Shown in pieces: positions 11,361 through 23,739 of a stretch of DNA of 64,000 nt. Made by a program: the position numbers and the translations under genes. Source of the DNA: Callorhinchus milii (taxonomy: Eukaryota); assembly GCF_018977255.1 (NCBI RefSeq), contig NW_024704743.1:31684001-31748000 (forward strand), in the 5' to 3' direction. Within the stretch, counting starts at the first letter, position 1, and each line of letters opens with the position of its first letter. The notes beneath the pieces were generated by a model, which was not told where the DNA came from, made no database searches, and saw only the letters and a list, made by a program, of their open reading frames with translations.

Positions 11361-12267
11361 GGAGAATATTCAGCCCGGAATAGAACAGACTGCTGCCGTA
11401 TGTTTCCAGTCACTGGAGGCCTGATGTCATTCCCTTGAAGGGGGTGGGACGGTACTCTTTGTAACAGACTCACAGCCAAACTCTGCTTGTCAGTCAATTT
11501 ACTGATCTTAGAGGACAAGTGCATGTTATTCTCCACTTGTCAGTAAGTTTACGGACCTTTGCTCTGTGAGTTTATATTGGGAATAATATGCTCACGTTGC
11601 TAAAGCTGGTAAGAGTATCTCATCATTGTTCGTGGGTTGTTACTGGTGCAGATTAACCGCTGCAATTCCCTCAATAAGAAACATTACTACATTTAGAAGT
11701 CATTCCGACTGGAGACATTTCGCCGTGATAAAGTTTAAATCAAAAGTAAAGTTTTTAATTGATTTACAATGAATATTGTGATATTTCTTAATATGTAATC
11801 TGAATCTGCAAACGAGGGAATTCTAGTAACTGGATCTATGTTGCGCTGACCTGTGGCCGCTTAGCTATTTCCGGAGCGGAGTTGCTGTGGGTTGACAGGA
11901 ATTCTAACAGGATTCCTTATTAAACCTAAATGTTAATTCAATATAAAATGAAAATATTTTGAATAGAGTCCCCTTGTACAGAACGAGAGCACATCACATT
12001 TCCATCAATAAATAAATAAATACCGCACACTACCCTTTTAAGAGCACAAACTGCGGATTTCTAGTTGTTTTCAATGTTTTACAATTTTGAATATGTAGAG
12101 AAGAACATTTAGTGACATTTTCATTCCCCAAAGTCAAACCTAACGTTCTCTTAATTGCTAATTTTTCTAAATGTTGAAAACAATTTTTCAGAAATGGAAA
12201 TCAATTTGTCTTTTGACTAGGACCTGAATGGGTATTTTTGTAAATTATGGAACATCCAACTCTAGTA

Positions 12268-12628
12268 TATAATAATTCTTGCATTTGATATAGTGGCTTA
12301 TCACATCTTCGAGATGTCTCAAAGCCTTACACACAATATACTGTAAAGTGAATTGACTGTATGTTTTATGAGCGAAACGCGGCAGCCAATTGCGCACAGC
12401 AGTGTCCCACAATCAGTTTTGGATTGAAGTGACCAATTTATTAATATTTTTGAAGGAATTGTTACTCCCGGAAAAGCGATCTGCCAGTTGACTAACAACT
12501 GGTTTCCTACTTACTGCTAGGTAAACAGAGGTGTGTTGGAAACTTGCCCAACGTTTTGCCCTGCTCGGAATCGAACTCAGATCTCTCACTTGCGAGGTGA
12601 TGCTCTAACCACTGAGCTACAGGGCTCC
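12268..12628 (-). mobile_element. Full-length SINE family B
   Basis: tRNA-like head GGAGCCCTGTAGCTCAGTGGTTAGAGCA..GAGTTCGATTCC (A and B boxes), central module, Deu-like body, tail. Confidence 0.92.
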
Positions 12629-13789
12629 ACAGATATATGTGTGTGTGATACAACTAGTTAAGACAAAATAACGCTGTAAAACTTTTAATGTTAGGTCCAT
12701 GATATGAAATTCTTGCCGAATTGGTAGTGAAAAAATTGATTTTCAATTTGGCAGATAGCATCTTGATCAAATTATTGGCATCTCTGATAATTGTACTTAT
12801 TATTATTAGGTCCTGTTAAGCATTTGGCTGCTTACCTGAATCCATAACTTATAAGTTACTGTTCTCACATTTAATAAAGCTGGTAAAAGCTGTGTGAGAT
12901 AAATTGCAAATGATTCAGGTCTGGTCAGTCTAACAGGCATGTTCCCATGACTGACAGCAGCTTTCTATTCAGCTGCCTTCTATTTAAGTTGGTTAAAGCA
13001 ATAATGCAATAAAGCAATGATCAAGGAATGTAGATTGGTGGTCAAGGAATTGGTATAACTGTGTGTTCTTTTCCTTCTAAGTTTATTAATGACACACAAG
13101 TAAATAATATAAATAGTTTAACTGAAAAATATCTCTTTCACAAAAACAATTTTAGTTTCATAGTTTTCTCATTTCAAGTGGTGAAAATCCCAGGAATAAC
13201 TGGGTTGAAACATTCTTCACCAAGCTGAACCTAGATGGTATTCATTTTCCTCACTTGGGTAATGTGTACATTGCCTACTGGATTTCTATAAATCTTATCC
13301 ACATGAAAACCTTGGTGTCGTCTGAAATTTATTGCACTGGTTGGAGCTGTAACCACAGGGGTCTTTACAAATCCCATACTGCTTAATACAATGTAATTTA
13401 TGGGGTTTTAAAAGACACAAAGCTTCATTCATAAATAACCGACTTGCAATGACTTCGCTCATACAATGTAACATTCAGACATAGCTGAGACTAATAAATT
13501 GTATTCTGGTAAAAATTAGACATTGATGAATATCGAAAAATATGAAACAAATCTTGTTAGGTGAATTTCAGAGTTGCTTATCACACACTCCACTTCTGAG
13601 CAATATACAATAAATCTAAATGTATAAATATACATCCAATGTATGTGAGTGCTGAGGATACCTAAACTGGCAGTTGGTTAAAAGCATTGGAATATGAAGA
13701 AATAAATACATGAGTTTGGTGTTTCTTCCTAACTGATCTGTACTCCATGTGCAGCTTACACTCTATTCACACATCATCACCTTACAGCT

Positions 13790-14140
13790 CACAAACCACC
13801 CCTGTAAAAACAGCACTCCAACCTGATATTACCATTTAAAGCACTATAGGTCACAAATAGAAACCAGAAGGAAGATCTAATTCTGGCCACAAATGCAAAA
13901 CAAAAGTGAATACAAAGTCTTTGTGCTCGCCTCAAAATTGTAACAATGCACTTACCAATCCAATGCACTCACCATAACAATGCATATCAATAATGATTCA
14001 TCTGAACAGTGCACACTGACCCTAGCAATTTCTGTGGTGAAACAGAGCAGTCACTCAAACAAATGCGCTCAATACAATATTATATACACAACAATGTATT
14101 CACCCAAGCAGCACTCCTGTTCTTACAATATATTGTCCCT
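13790..14140 (+). mobile_element. Penelope-like element GIY-YIG endonuclease remnant
   Basis: GETEQSLKQM at 14036-14065 (compare YVGETGQSLRQRM). Upstream KQHSNL (compare KQPPNL). Heavily frameshifted. Confidence 0.45.
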
Positions 14141-14527
14141 CCCTCTCAATAAAATGGTCCTAATAATCCACACACCCTGACTACTTCGTAGAAAGTAGAA
14201 TCATAGAAAGTTTAGGGCACAATAGTAGTTGTGTTAGTGCTAGCTCCGCCTATTCTAATCTCATTCCCATGCTTTTTCTTCGTTCCATTTAATAATATTT
14301 TTCTGTATTCCTGATTTAACTGCCTGGGTGTCACAGCTGACTTAGATTAAGTTGGCATTTATACATTGAGGGCTCTGTATAGTGATCTCAAATGTTCTCT
14401 TAGTTTAGAGGAGCATTTCCATTCCTTGTGTGAGCCATTGGAGTATTGCTGGTGCCCTTGAAACTGTAGGAATGGCAATATTCTAAATAAATTCTTTGTG
14501 GTGAATATGTCAAATAGACCTAACAAC

Positions 14528-15103
14528 GGGTAGGAATTCCATCTTGGTGTGGATCTACTTCATTAACATAACATTTTGGAGTGTGTAGAATTAGGCAAAT
14601 TGTTGAATTCAGCTTTAACTTTCAAAATTCTTTTTCTGTGGTTGTTAACTGAACTCACAATACAATACAATTTACATGTAGCATCTTTCATGTCGGGGAG
14701 ACGTCTCAAAGTGTTTTGCATTGCTTTCTGGGATCCGAGCTGGGGTGAGGGAAGATGGTCGAAAGTGAGGTCAGATGGAAGGTTTGAGACCGGTCTTGAA
14801 TGAAGGGAGGGAGCGATTTGGAGCAACTCCAGGATGGAGTTCCAAGGAGCGGAGGCAGAGTGACTGAAGCCTTGCCTGCCGATAGAAGGACAGAGAGGGC
14901 GGGAGGCATGAAGCAGACCATTGTTTGCTTAGCGAAGGGAGCTCCCAGGTCATTATGGTTCAAGAAGGTCACAGAGTTAGGGTGGGGCAAACTTACAGAA
15001 AACCAGCTTCACAATTAAGGACTGTATTCCAGAATTTGACAAATTGTTGACTCTAAAATGTTACATCAATCCGGTAAATTTAGACCCAGGTGGAATTTTA
15101 CTC
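14528..15103. mobile_element. Palindromic MITE-like element type B, interrupted at its centre by an L2 fragment
   Basis: GGGTAGGAATTCCATCTTGGT pairs with ACCCAGGTGGAATTTTACTCC. Inner arms at 14569-14620 and 15014-15065 are complementary. Homologous to 20511-20690 and 44278-44505. Confidence 0.7.
14657..14988 (-). mobile_element. L2 3' fragment with (TTGTA)n tail
   Basis: CAATACAATACAA tail; GGTTTGAGACCGGTCTTGAA and GGAGTTCCA match the L2 ORF2 end on -. Confidence 0.8.
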
Positions 15104-15384
15104 CACAAGTGATTGAAGGTAGAAAGTAGTAGATTGTGTCATGAATTACATTTGAATGGCTATTTGGAGAAGCCATTGAGGGGTATGAGAGATGGGACAA
15201 TGTAGGATTTTTGATTTACCCTGAGTCTAGGCAGATACACCGTCTCATTGATGGGGTTCCTTTAGCATCAGGGACAGTGAAATAAAATGACAGTCGACAA
15301 CATCAGGAAGTGAAGTTACCAGTTTCCAGCTTAAGATTCCAGTCATCTAAGACATCCCCAGCTACTGCTTATAAAACCATTGAC

Positions 15385-15621
15385 CAAAAAATCCACATAC
15401 CCTTAGCATGTATGACAGTTTTGCTTTAAAATTTACGATTGGGCAGAATTTGGGGAAAATTCTTAAATTCAGTCTGAGTTTGGAAATTGGTTCTTTTTAA
15501 GAACTATGAGGAAACACCATCTCAAATTCAGACTGAATTTAAGGCCGTTCCCACAGTTTGAAATTTGTAAATTTTAAGACAAACTTGTCTTACAGGCTAT
15601 GACTTGGTGAAATTTCAGGCC
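15385..15621. mobile_element. Palindromic MITE-like element type A (complete)
   Basis: CTTAAATTCAGTCTGAGTTTG pairs with CAAATTCAGACTGAATTTAAG. Both ends match the terminal repeats of 44086-44552. Confidence 0.75.
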
Positions 15622-16135
15622 TCATCTCTGCAAGATCTTCCAGAAAAAAGTTTTTGCATCTTTCCCATCTGAAAGAGCATAGAATCACTGAAATTTTCCA
15701 TTATTTCCTTGTAAATAAAATATAATAACCATAATTTGTGTGTCTATCTGTGTGTATATATATACATATGCTTATATAAAATAAACATCTCAATGTGCTT
15801 TACAAAATAAGATTAGAAATGAAATTGGATGTTGTTACATAGACAAATGTGTGATATATCCTGGCCAATATTGTTCTCTAATCCAATTTCACATCAAACA
15901 TTTCAAATTAATTTGATTCCTCATCTCACTCTTGTTTGTGGGGAGTTGTTGGCACAGGTTGCCAATGTGTTTCCCTGCACAATACTGTTCTATATTAAAT
16001 CCAATGCAAGGATTGAAATACACGCTCATTATTTATTTGTTTGTTTGTTTGTTTGCTTGCTTATTTATTTATTTGTTTGTTTGTTTGTGCCATGCATGAA
16101 TGCATGATCATCCTTTCTTGATTGAGGCATTCATT

Positions 16136-16590
16136 TAATAATAAAAATAATAATCCTTGCATTTGATATAAAATGTGCAGGTAATAATGTCATTGATTTG
16201 TCTTAAAGCGCTTTATATGGCATACTGTAAAATGGATTGACTATATATTTTGTGGGTGAAACCCAGCAGCCAGTTTGCACACAGCAATGTCCCACAAGCA
16301 GTCATGGAGTGAGTGTCCAATCTTATTTGGGGGATTTGTTGGTCACGATACCTGGGAGAAAGTCCCTTCACTTTTCAAATCGTGTTGTGGGATCTTTAAT
16401 CCCCATTTGAATGGACACAAACAGGGCATCAGTTTTTAAAGTCTCATCTGAAAGAAGGCACCTGCAGCATTCCCCCAGCATGACATTGGAGTGCCAGCCT
16501 AGACTATGAGTTCAAAGTGCCGATGTGGGGCTTGAACACACAATTTTCTGACTCAGGCGAGAATGCTACCAACTGAGCCAGGCTGACACC
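16136..16590 (-). mobile_element. Full-length Deu-type tRNA SINE (family A)
   Basis: Head GGTGTCAGCCTGGCTCAGTTGGTAGCA..GTTCAAGCCC, Deu-domain-like CAGATGAGAC..AAAGATCCCA, L2-type tail. Confidence 0.88.
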
Positions 16591-17221
16591 TACAGCAAAC
16601 ATATATTTAATTTCTGATCAATCTCATGATGTTAATCAATCTTGTGTTGTTAAGCACCTTAAGACATTTGTTTTAAGTGAAAGGTGCTGCAGAAATGTAT
16701 CGTTGTCGGTTAGAAGTTAACAAGTACTGTCTTGTTATAGCCATTCACCAACAGGTTAGCAAGGATCAGAGATCAGGTCACAAGGAATATTTACTGGTAG
16801 ACCACCAGGGATTAATCAGACACAAGACGACTGTGTATTGGACATACTCTCTCCACCACATCATCATGAAGTAGACACACACTCATCGCCATAGCACTAT
16901 GAAGAGGGAAACATTTCCTACAGATGTATACTTCCCACTTGATGCCCAGGGAATGCAGATATACCCTCCCACTACATAATAAGACATGAAATGTCTTCTA
17001 ACCTTTCAGCCAGTGAACATCCTCTAAAAGCCCACCAGCATTATTTTTACAATGTTATTTTTTCAAAACAAACACTTGTACATTTATAAACTTCCTTCGG
17101 TATTTTGGTTCTAGAAGCAAAATTAAAATGGAGGTGCGGGAACTGAGCAGCAATAGAAACTATATCATAATAATCCTTGCATCGGATACAATACAAAATT
17201 ACATTTGTCTAGTGCCTTTCA

Positions 17222-17560
17222 CACTGGGAGGACCTTATCACGCCCACAAAATATACAGTTAAATCACTTCACAGTATATTCTGTGATGCGTTTTGAGACG
17301 TCTCGAAGACATGATAAGGGCGCTATATCAAATGCAAGGAATATTATTATCATGCCATCAAAACAGCTCAAAACGCTTCACAGGATATACTTTAAAGTGG
17401 TGTAACTATATTTTGTGGGCCCACGTGGCTGCCAATCTGCACACAGTTATGTCCCACAAACAGACATGAATTGAATGATCAGTTTTATTTGGGGAAATGT
17501 TGGCCAGGACACTGGGAAAAACTCTTCTCTTTGCAAATAGTCTCATGGAATCTTTGTGCC
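17222..17560. mobile_element. SINE 3' fragments in tail-to-tail orientation
   Basis: About 17240-17350 is a + tail; about 17360-17560 is a minus-strand family A body. Confidence 0.75.
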
Positions 17561-20299
17561 CTTCACAAAGGATAATGTCTTGTAGTGCTTTGGAGTGTAT
17601 GTGTGTGTGTTGGGTGGGGAGAGGGTGGGGGGGTACATATTTGACATATTTTGTCAAACTTGTACCAAATCAATAGGATAGAGATCTTAGATAGGATACT
17701 GCATAAACTCTCCACTGTTTCTCAGAGGCTGAAATGCCTCCATCACACTCCACAGCTAGAATGTATTCATTCATTCATGAATTTGGAATAAAAAATTCTA
17801 CAAAGTTTCCACCTAAAAAATAAACACAGGTTTGTGAATGACTGTTCTGGTCAGATTTGCTGTATAAAATAGTTTTCAAAACAGTGATATCTTAAGTTGC
17901 ATTTTAGACCTGGTCGTACATCAAAGTGTCTTGTAAACAGTTGGCATTCTGGTTGGCCACTCTTACCAAGCACTAAAGTGATCTACATTGGCCCAACCAT
18001 CAAGATAATGAAAATGAAGATGTTGGTGATTTATATTTAACCACTAGCATATTTAATAACTACTAGCATTATGTATGTTACACAGAATGTACAACACCAA
18101 AACAGAGCATTTGGCTCATCTTGTCTGTGCTGTTGTTATACTCCACACAAACCTCCATCCCAATTCACCCTCTCTAGCCCACCTTCCCCCACATCCTCTA
18201 TTTCCTTCTCTCTCACTCTCTCTCAGTTATGTAGTGAATGTTTGCAGTGTGGATGGCATTTTAGAGCAGGGCCTCAAGACTTAATTTTAAATCCAAGAAT
18301 TTGGGAAAATTATATGTGAAGTGGGGAAGGGGGTCAAAAGTGATTTGAATGGTACAGTTTCCAGTGTTGTCACATAGAGCTCTGAGCAGAGGAATTGTTT
18401 ATAAATGTCATTTAGTGCAAGCTGCTGGAACAGGGTAGCTTCCTGTCCACAATACTACGACACCCGCTGGTGTTAATCAGGAATTTAAGCCACCCAATTA
18501 GTCCTCAGCTCTAATAATCACATCTTATTTCAGGATAATGAACCTATTGACCCCATCGCATAGAATTTGTTTGGTAATCCAGACTTGAGAACATTGGTTC
18601 ACAGAATAACATAAAAGGCTCGTATTACTGGCACAGACGTCCTGCTCTTCATTGTGCTTAGGGCACTGGCCAGCCTCGGAGGGCAGGGAATTTCATCTCA
18701 GGAGCATACTTTGCTTTACAATCCACACTTGGGAAAAGAAAACAAAACAGCTGGATGATATGAGCCATTCCCACTGTTCCTTACAAACGTTTCACCAATG
18801 ATATTACGGGAAGGAAAGCACAGTGGCCACCTTCGTAGATATGTGTCTCTCGGGAGAAAGATACACACAGGGCGAAACCATGAAGTGGACATGGTGGAAA
18901 CATTTAATCTTTATTTCAGGATCCAAAATTGAACAGTTATCGCGGAGGAAACAGCGTTACAGGAAATATGCAGGGAATGTTTGGTGTTTATCAGCATTTA
19001 ACCTATGAAAGTGCTCAGAGATCTTTTTCAGCCAGTACAATATTTCCATTGAGGCCCTCCACAAGTGCCTTTTCATCATTTCCCTCGGCTTTCTGTGCTG
19101 TCTGTACCAGAGTTTGAGTGAAAGAGAACTTTGGGCTCAATGCTAAACTATACAGAGACTCCTTTTATATCATGCAGATCCTAGGAAAATGTGGGGAAAA
19201 ACACAGATGATAATGAAACCAGATGATAGCAGAGTTACACTACAATAGCAAATCACTCTTGGAGCCAAAATACATTCTGTAACCATTTCTAGTCAAGACC
19301 TCCAGTTACCCCAGGTTATGTCAGTGACAAAATTCAGTAATTAACATTCCAAAAGAGGTTAAAATAAAGATTTTAAATCAATTAAGCTTCTATCTGCAAA
19401 GAAGGTAGTTAAGGGAACCTGATTGAAATATATAAAATATCAATTGATGTCAAAATATTAAAGTAAATTAAGCTTAAGTTTGGAAAGAAGGTTTTTAAGG
19501 GAGGAAAGGGTTGGTTGCCTTGTTGAAGATTATAAGATAAACGATAGAGTTGCTGTCTGCTACAATGAAAGAAATGGCAGTAAATGGAAAGGTTGCCATT
19601 GCTGTCCCCTTCCTCTGGACAGTCTCGCTGGGTACCTCTTCCTTTGTCAATTCTCACCCTCAAACCTACACTGCTCATATTCCCAAGATCACCTTTAGCC
19701 CCAATCCTGGTTGTGCCCACTTCCTGTCAGCCTAATCTCTCACCTCTTCTGCCTTGTAACCATGTCTGCTCCCCGCTTCCATTACTCACTGTTTTTCCCA
19801 GGAGGCAGGTTCTGGCTGTTCCAGATGATCCCATTCTGAGTCTCACACAAACAGCTGAGAACTTCCAGCCGCCAATAGTCAAAATGACTATGATGAGAAA
19901 ATAGCGGGGTGGCAATACTGACTGGGGTAAATGAAGTTACTTCATTAATTCATTTGGCATTGGATATACCAACTATTTTAGTAATTTATGTATCTATAAC
20001 TAGTTTCAATAGATGCCACAGAACTATAGAAATATACAGCACAGAGGAATACCATTCACCTATTGTGTCTGACTCTTTTATGAGCAGTCCTTTCATTCCC
20101 ATTTACCTGCCCTTTCCCCAAACTCCTGTAGTTTACTAAAACATCAAATACATGACTTTCTTTTACTACTTCCCCAAATAATGGAATACATAATGATTTA
20201 GCTTAATGCATTTCAATACTTAAATAAGCTGCTGCATTGAGTAATTATTTGAGTTGTGCTGATATGAATCTAGATTTTGAGTTATAAGGAATGATTCAT

Positions 20300-20510
20300 T
20301 AAAATTAGGCTCTTCAGTCTTGAAAGGAGACATCTCTGAGGAGACCTTATAGAAGTATATAAGATTTTAAATGGTAATGAGAAAATAAACTCAGAACAAT
20401 ACTTTCTGAAATGCTGAGGCAACAGAACAAGACAGCAGAGGTTTGGTGTTGCAAAAGACAATATCTAGACAGGCATGAGGAAATATTTCTTTACCCAGCA
20501 TGTTAATGTG
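20300..20510 (+). mobile_element. CR1 ORF2 C-terminal fragment
   Basis: LGLFSLERR-like motif, then GDLIEVYKILNG..RTR..RKYFFTQ. Confidence 0.85.
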
Positions 20511-20690
20511 TCCAGGACTTTGCAAATTGTTGAATTCATTCTTAACTTTTAAGTCAGTTTTCTGTTGTTCTTTAAAAAAAACTTACACTAAATTGGGTTC
20601 AAAACTAAGGCTGTATTTAAGAACTTGACAAATTTTGGACACTCTGACATACTACATAAATAAAACAAATCCCCAGGTGGGATTTCTCCA
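20511..20690. mobile_element. Palindromic MITE type B, partial
   Basis: GCAAATTGTTGAATTCA matches 14595-14611. It ends CCCAGGTGGGATTTCTCCAC, like 15086-15106. Confidence 0.65.
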
Positions 20691-21544
20691 CAAAGGAGAA
20701 CAAGACGAAGTGACATAAATCACAAAAATGGGGAGAATAGACTCACTATGCAGTATGCAAAAAGAATAGACTGCTACATAGAGATAGGCCCAACGGTCAG
20801 ATTTGTAGAACACTTATGATTTTCCAAGGTCATTTTTTCTTCATAACATGGACCTGCAGTGTATGTTTTTGCCACGTGATATTCTGGAATTTGCTGACTG
20901 TGGAACCGTCAAGCTGTGCGGAATTCATTGCACTGGGGTGGAATGTGGAAAGAGAAAGCGTGACTGGCTGGGTTTCATAAACAGTGACATTGACATTTGA
21001 CAATTTTAAACGGATATTTTTCATATCTCTGGAAACCCGAGGTTCCAGACCTCATATCTCCGGACTCCCTCAGCCTCCTCCTCCTCCTCTACAAACCTTC
21101 TAGTAGGCCACACTAGAGAAATGAACCATTATTAAATCATAAAAGACAGATGCAAACCGCGACCAAGCAACTTACAGAACAACAACAATACAGGAAAACT
21201 CGCATGAGTCTGATCTGCAATATCATATAATCGCTTGACTCATACATCTGCCCAAGTCCCGTTCAAGAGTTTATTTTCTCTGCAAGTTTGACATAACTCA
21301 TGCGTTGCAAAAGTCATATTAAATGTGTGCTCCCAGTTGATGCGACTAACGTGAGGTTTACTGTCATAATCTTTGTGATCGTTTCACGCTGCCAGCAACT
21401 GCCATGATGAGACGTGGACATTTGGCGTCACAAATCAATTGACGTCGCATATAAGCAAAGGGATATTCTTCCTCTGTAAATGTAGAACTGTTTTTTNGCT
21501 AGATTCACATCCTTAAATTTTCTTCTTTCGCTCCCCCCCACCCT

Positions 21545-21800
21545 CCTTACTGTAGTGGCTGACTCATGCTGCCTATGGTTCCACAGATACTGCCTCAGGA
21601 GCCTGTTGACGTGTGAGCCAATAACTCGGGTCGGATCACGGCTTGTAGCTAAGCCGAGCCTAATCCTATTCTCACTCGATGTCCTCAGTTGTACAGTTTC
21701 CGGCAAAGATCATTGACTAGTGTTTTAGGGCAGGAAACCTGGCAGATTTCCTCCCTCTCTATAATAGGGCTTACACAGCTTCTGCTGCCCCCATTTGAGA
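21545..21800 (-). mobile_element. Old SINE family C fragment
   Basis: AGCTAAGCCGAGCCTAATCCTATTCTCACTCGATGTCC..GGAAACCTGGCAGATTTCCTCCC aligns with 1050-1145 and 60750-60855. Confidence 0.55.
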
Positions 21801-22179
21801 CAAATACACTCAACACAGATCCAACATCAACCCTTCCAGGTGTGAATGGCTCAGGTTCATTCTTGGCATTAGGTACACTTTGTTTAAAAAAATAGGAAGC
21901 AGATCTGAATCAGATCCGAGGATGATTATCTGATTGGCGCTAGATGTACCTCTTTGGAGATTTGAACAATAACATAAAAATTCCCATTGTAAGTTTGCAC
22001 AGCCAAGGTTGATACATATACTAATAGGTGGAAAATAAGATGCATTCCTCTACCAAAGGTGGGAAATCTATTGATGATCAGAGAATTCCCCCTGTTTCCT
22101 GATGGAAATATAGTCAAAATAGACCAAAGAACGTTTGATTGCTCTTTTGAGAGAAGACAGTTTGTAATGGAGAACCAGA

Positions 22180-22410
22180 GGTTCAAATACCCACATGATT
22201 TTAGCTTTAGGACAGATGTCTTAATACTTGAGATTGTGCAGAATTTTGGAAAATTCTTAAAATCAGACATAATTAGTAAGCAAGTTTACTGCAGTTATTA
22301 ACATAAATTGAGCGAAAACAAGTTTTCAAATTAAGACTGAGTGTAAGAATTAAGAAAGTTCTGCAAAATCTCAACTATTAACACAGTGGTCTTAAGGTTA
22401 AGACTTTAAG
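22180..22410. mobile_element. Palindromic MITE type A
   Basis: GTCTTAATACTTGAGATTGTGCAGAATTTT pairs with AAAGTTCTGCAAAATCTCAACTATTAACAC. Shares GCAGAATTT.GG.AAAATTCTTAAA with 15443-15467. Confidence 0.65.
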
Positions 22411-22523
22411 AGCTTTAGAGCTATTATTCCTAGATGGTGGTTTGGAATTTTGTGCATTTTTGGGCAGACTTAGTTCCTGGAATCTATCGCTTTGAAATCT
22501 CTGCTCTTGTTCAATGTTGGCCA

Positions 22524-22622
22524 CACAACAACAACAACAACAACAAGATTCCATTTATAGAGCGCCTTTCACGTCGGGAGGAACGTCCCAAGGCGCTGGA
22601 CAGTTGGGTCAGGACCCAAGTC
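22524..22622 (-). mobile_element. Young L2 3' tail only
   Basis: (CAA)n followed by GATTCCATTTATAGAGCGCCTTTCACGTCGGGAGG. Confidence 0.9.
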
Positions 22623-23249
22623 CAAGAAGGTAACAAATGAAGATTTGTGCTGCAGCAATGCCTGCGTGGAGATCACAAGGCACATCATTCTCATTGTCTG
22701 TGTATAAACTTGACAAAACATCTTGTAATATGTAACTATATAGTCAATTCAAATCTATTTCAAAGCTCCTCTAAACCTACCAGTGAGATGGATTATTGTG
22801 TATTGCAGTAGAGCACAGAGAGCAGTTTGAATCTTCTGCATCCTCTCTCCCTGTGCAGGCCAGTCATGCAGAACCAGCTGAGCTGACCCACCCTTCAGTC
22901 TTGTGTAGGATCCAAATGTGATGATAGCCCTGAACCTGGAGACTTACAGTCACATGGCAGCTCTCAGCCTGTAGAACAGAGAATCTAAGCAATCAGAGGA
23001 AAACAGGGACAGAACTAATTGGTCTAATAACTTCCTGCTGCTACAACAGTCTGCTGCCAGAACAGTTGTATTTAAATGTTGGAGAAAATATAAAAAATGA
23101 CTGGTTCTAATCTATAAGTAGATCCACAAATGTTCAGTGAGTTAATGCTTAATTTGGAGCACTGACCCAGTGTTTGCACATTGAGTTCAAAAATAACTTG
23201 AAACTCAAGAAGAACTTTCTTTTTTAACAAAAACACAATGAATCAGAAA

Positions 23250-23640
23250 GTAGTGTGAGCCAATAGACAAACATCAGCTGAGGGTGGCTGGAATGAGAAC
23301 AAAAAGGAGTCAGACGACAACCGAAAGGTAGTTTGTTCATAGTACAAGAGGAATTCCAAAAGAAATGTTCTTAACTGTGCATAGGGCAGAGGAAGATTAG
23401 TTCGTTTATGGACGAGGGATCAGATGTGGCAGATGGGATAAAGACGTTCTACACGCCAGTCTTTATCAATGCAGAATTGCTGGCCAATCCCAGCTATCTA
23501 GAACCTGGTTTAGAAATGTATAACTTTGTGAAGTCAAACATATGTTATAGTGAAACTCAAAGCGTTAACTAGTTACAAGGCATCCTAGATCAGATGGATT
23601 TACAATAGATTAAGTGAAGAAATGAGTAAGGCTATAATCA
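23250..23640 (+). mobile_element. Very old CR1 ORF2 internal fragment
   Basis: DVADGIKTFYTPVFINAE and VKLKALTSYKAS..DG resemble the CR1 EMAE.LN.YF.SVFT.E and KL..LK..KSPGPDG blocks. Confidence 0.45.
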
Positions 23641-23739
23641 GTTCAATGTAACTGAAGAAGCAACTACAACACTTCTCACTAGCTAGCTCATCGAATAAGT
23701 TGAGGTTTAGCCCAGTTGAAGGCAGTCAAAATCTTGGTT

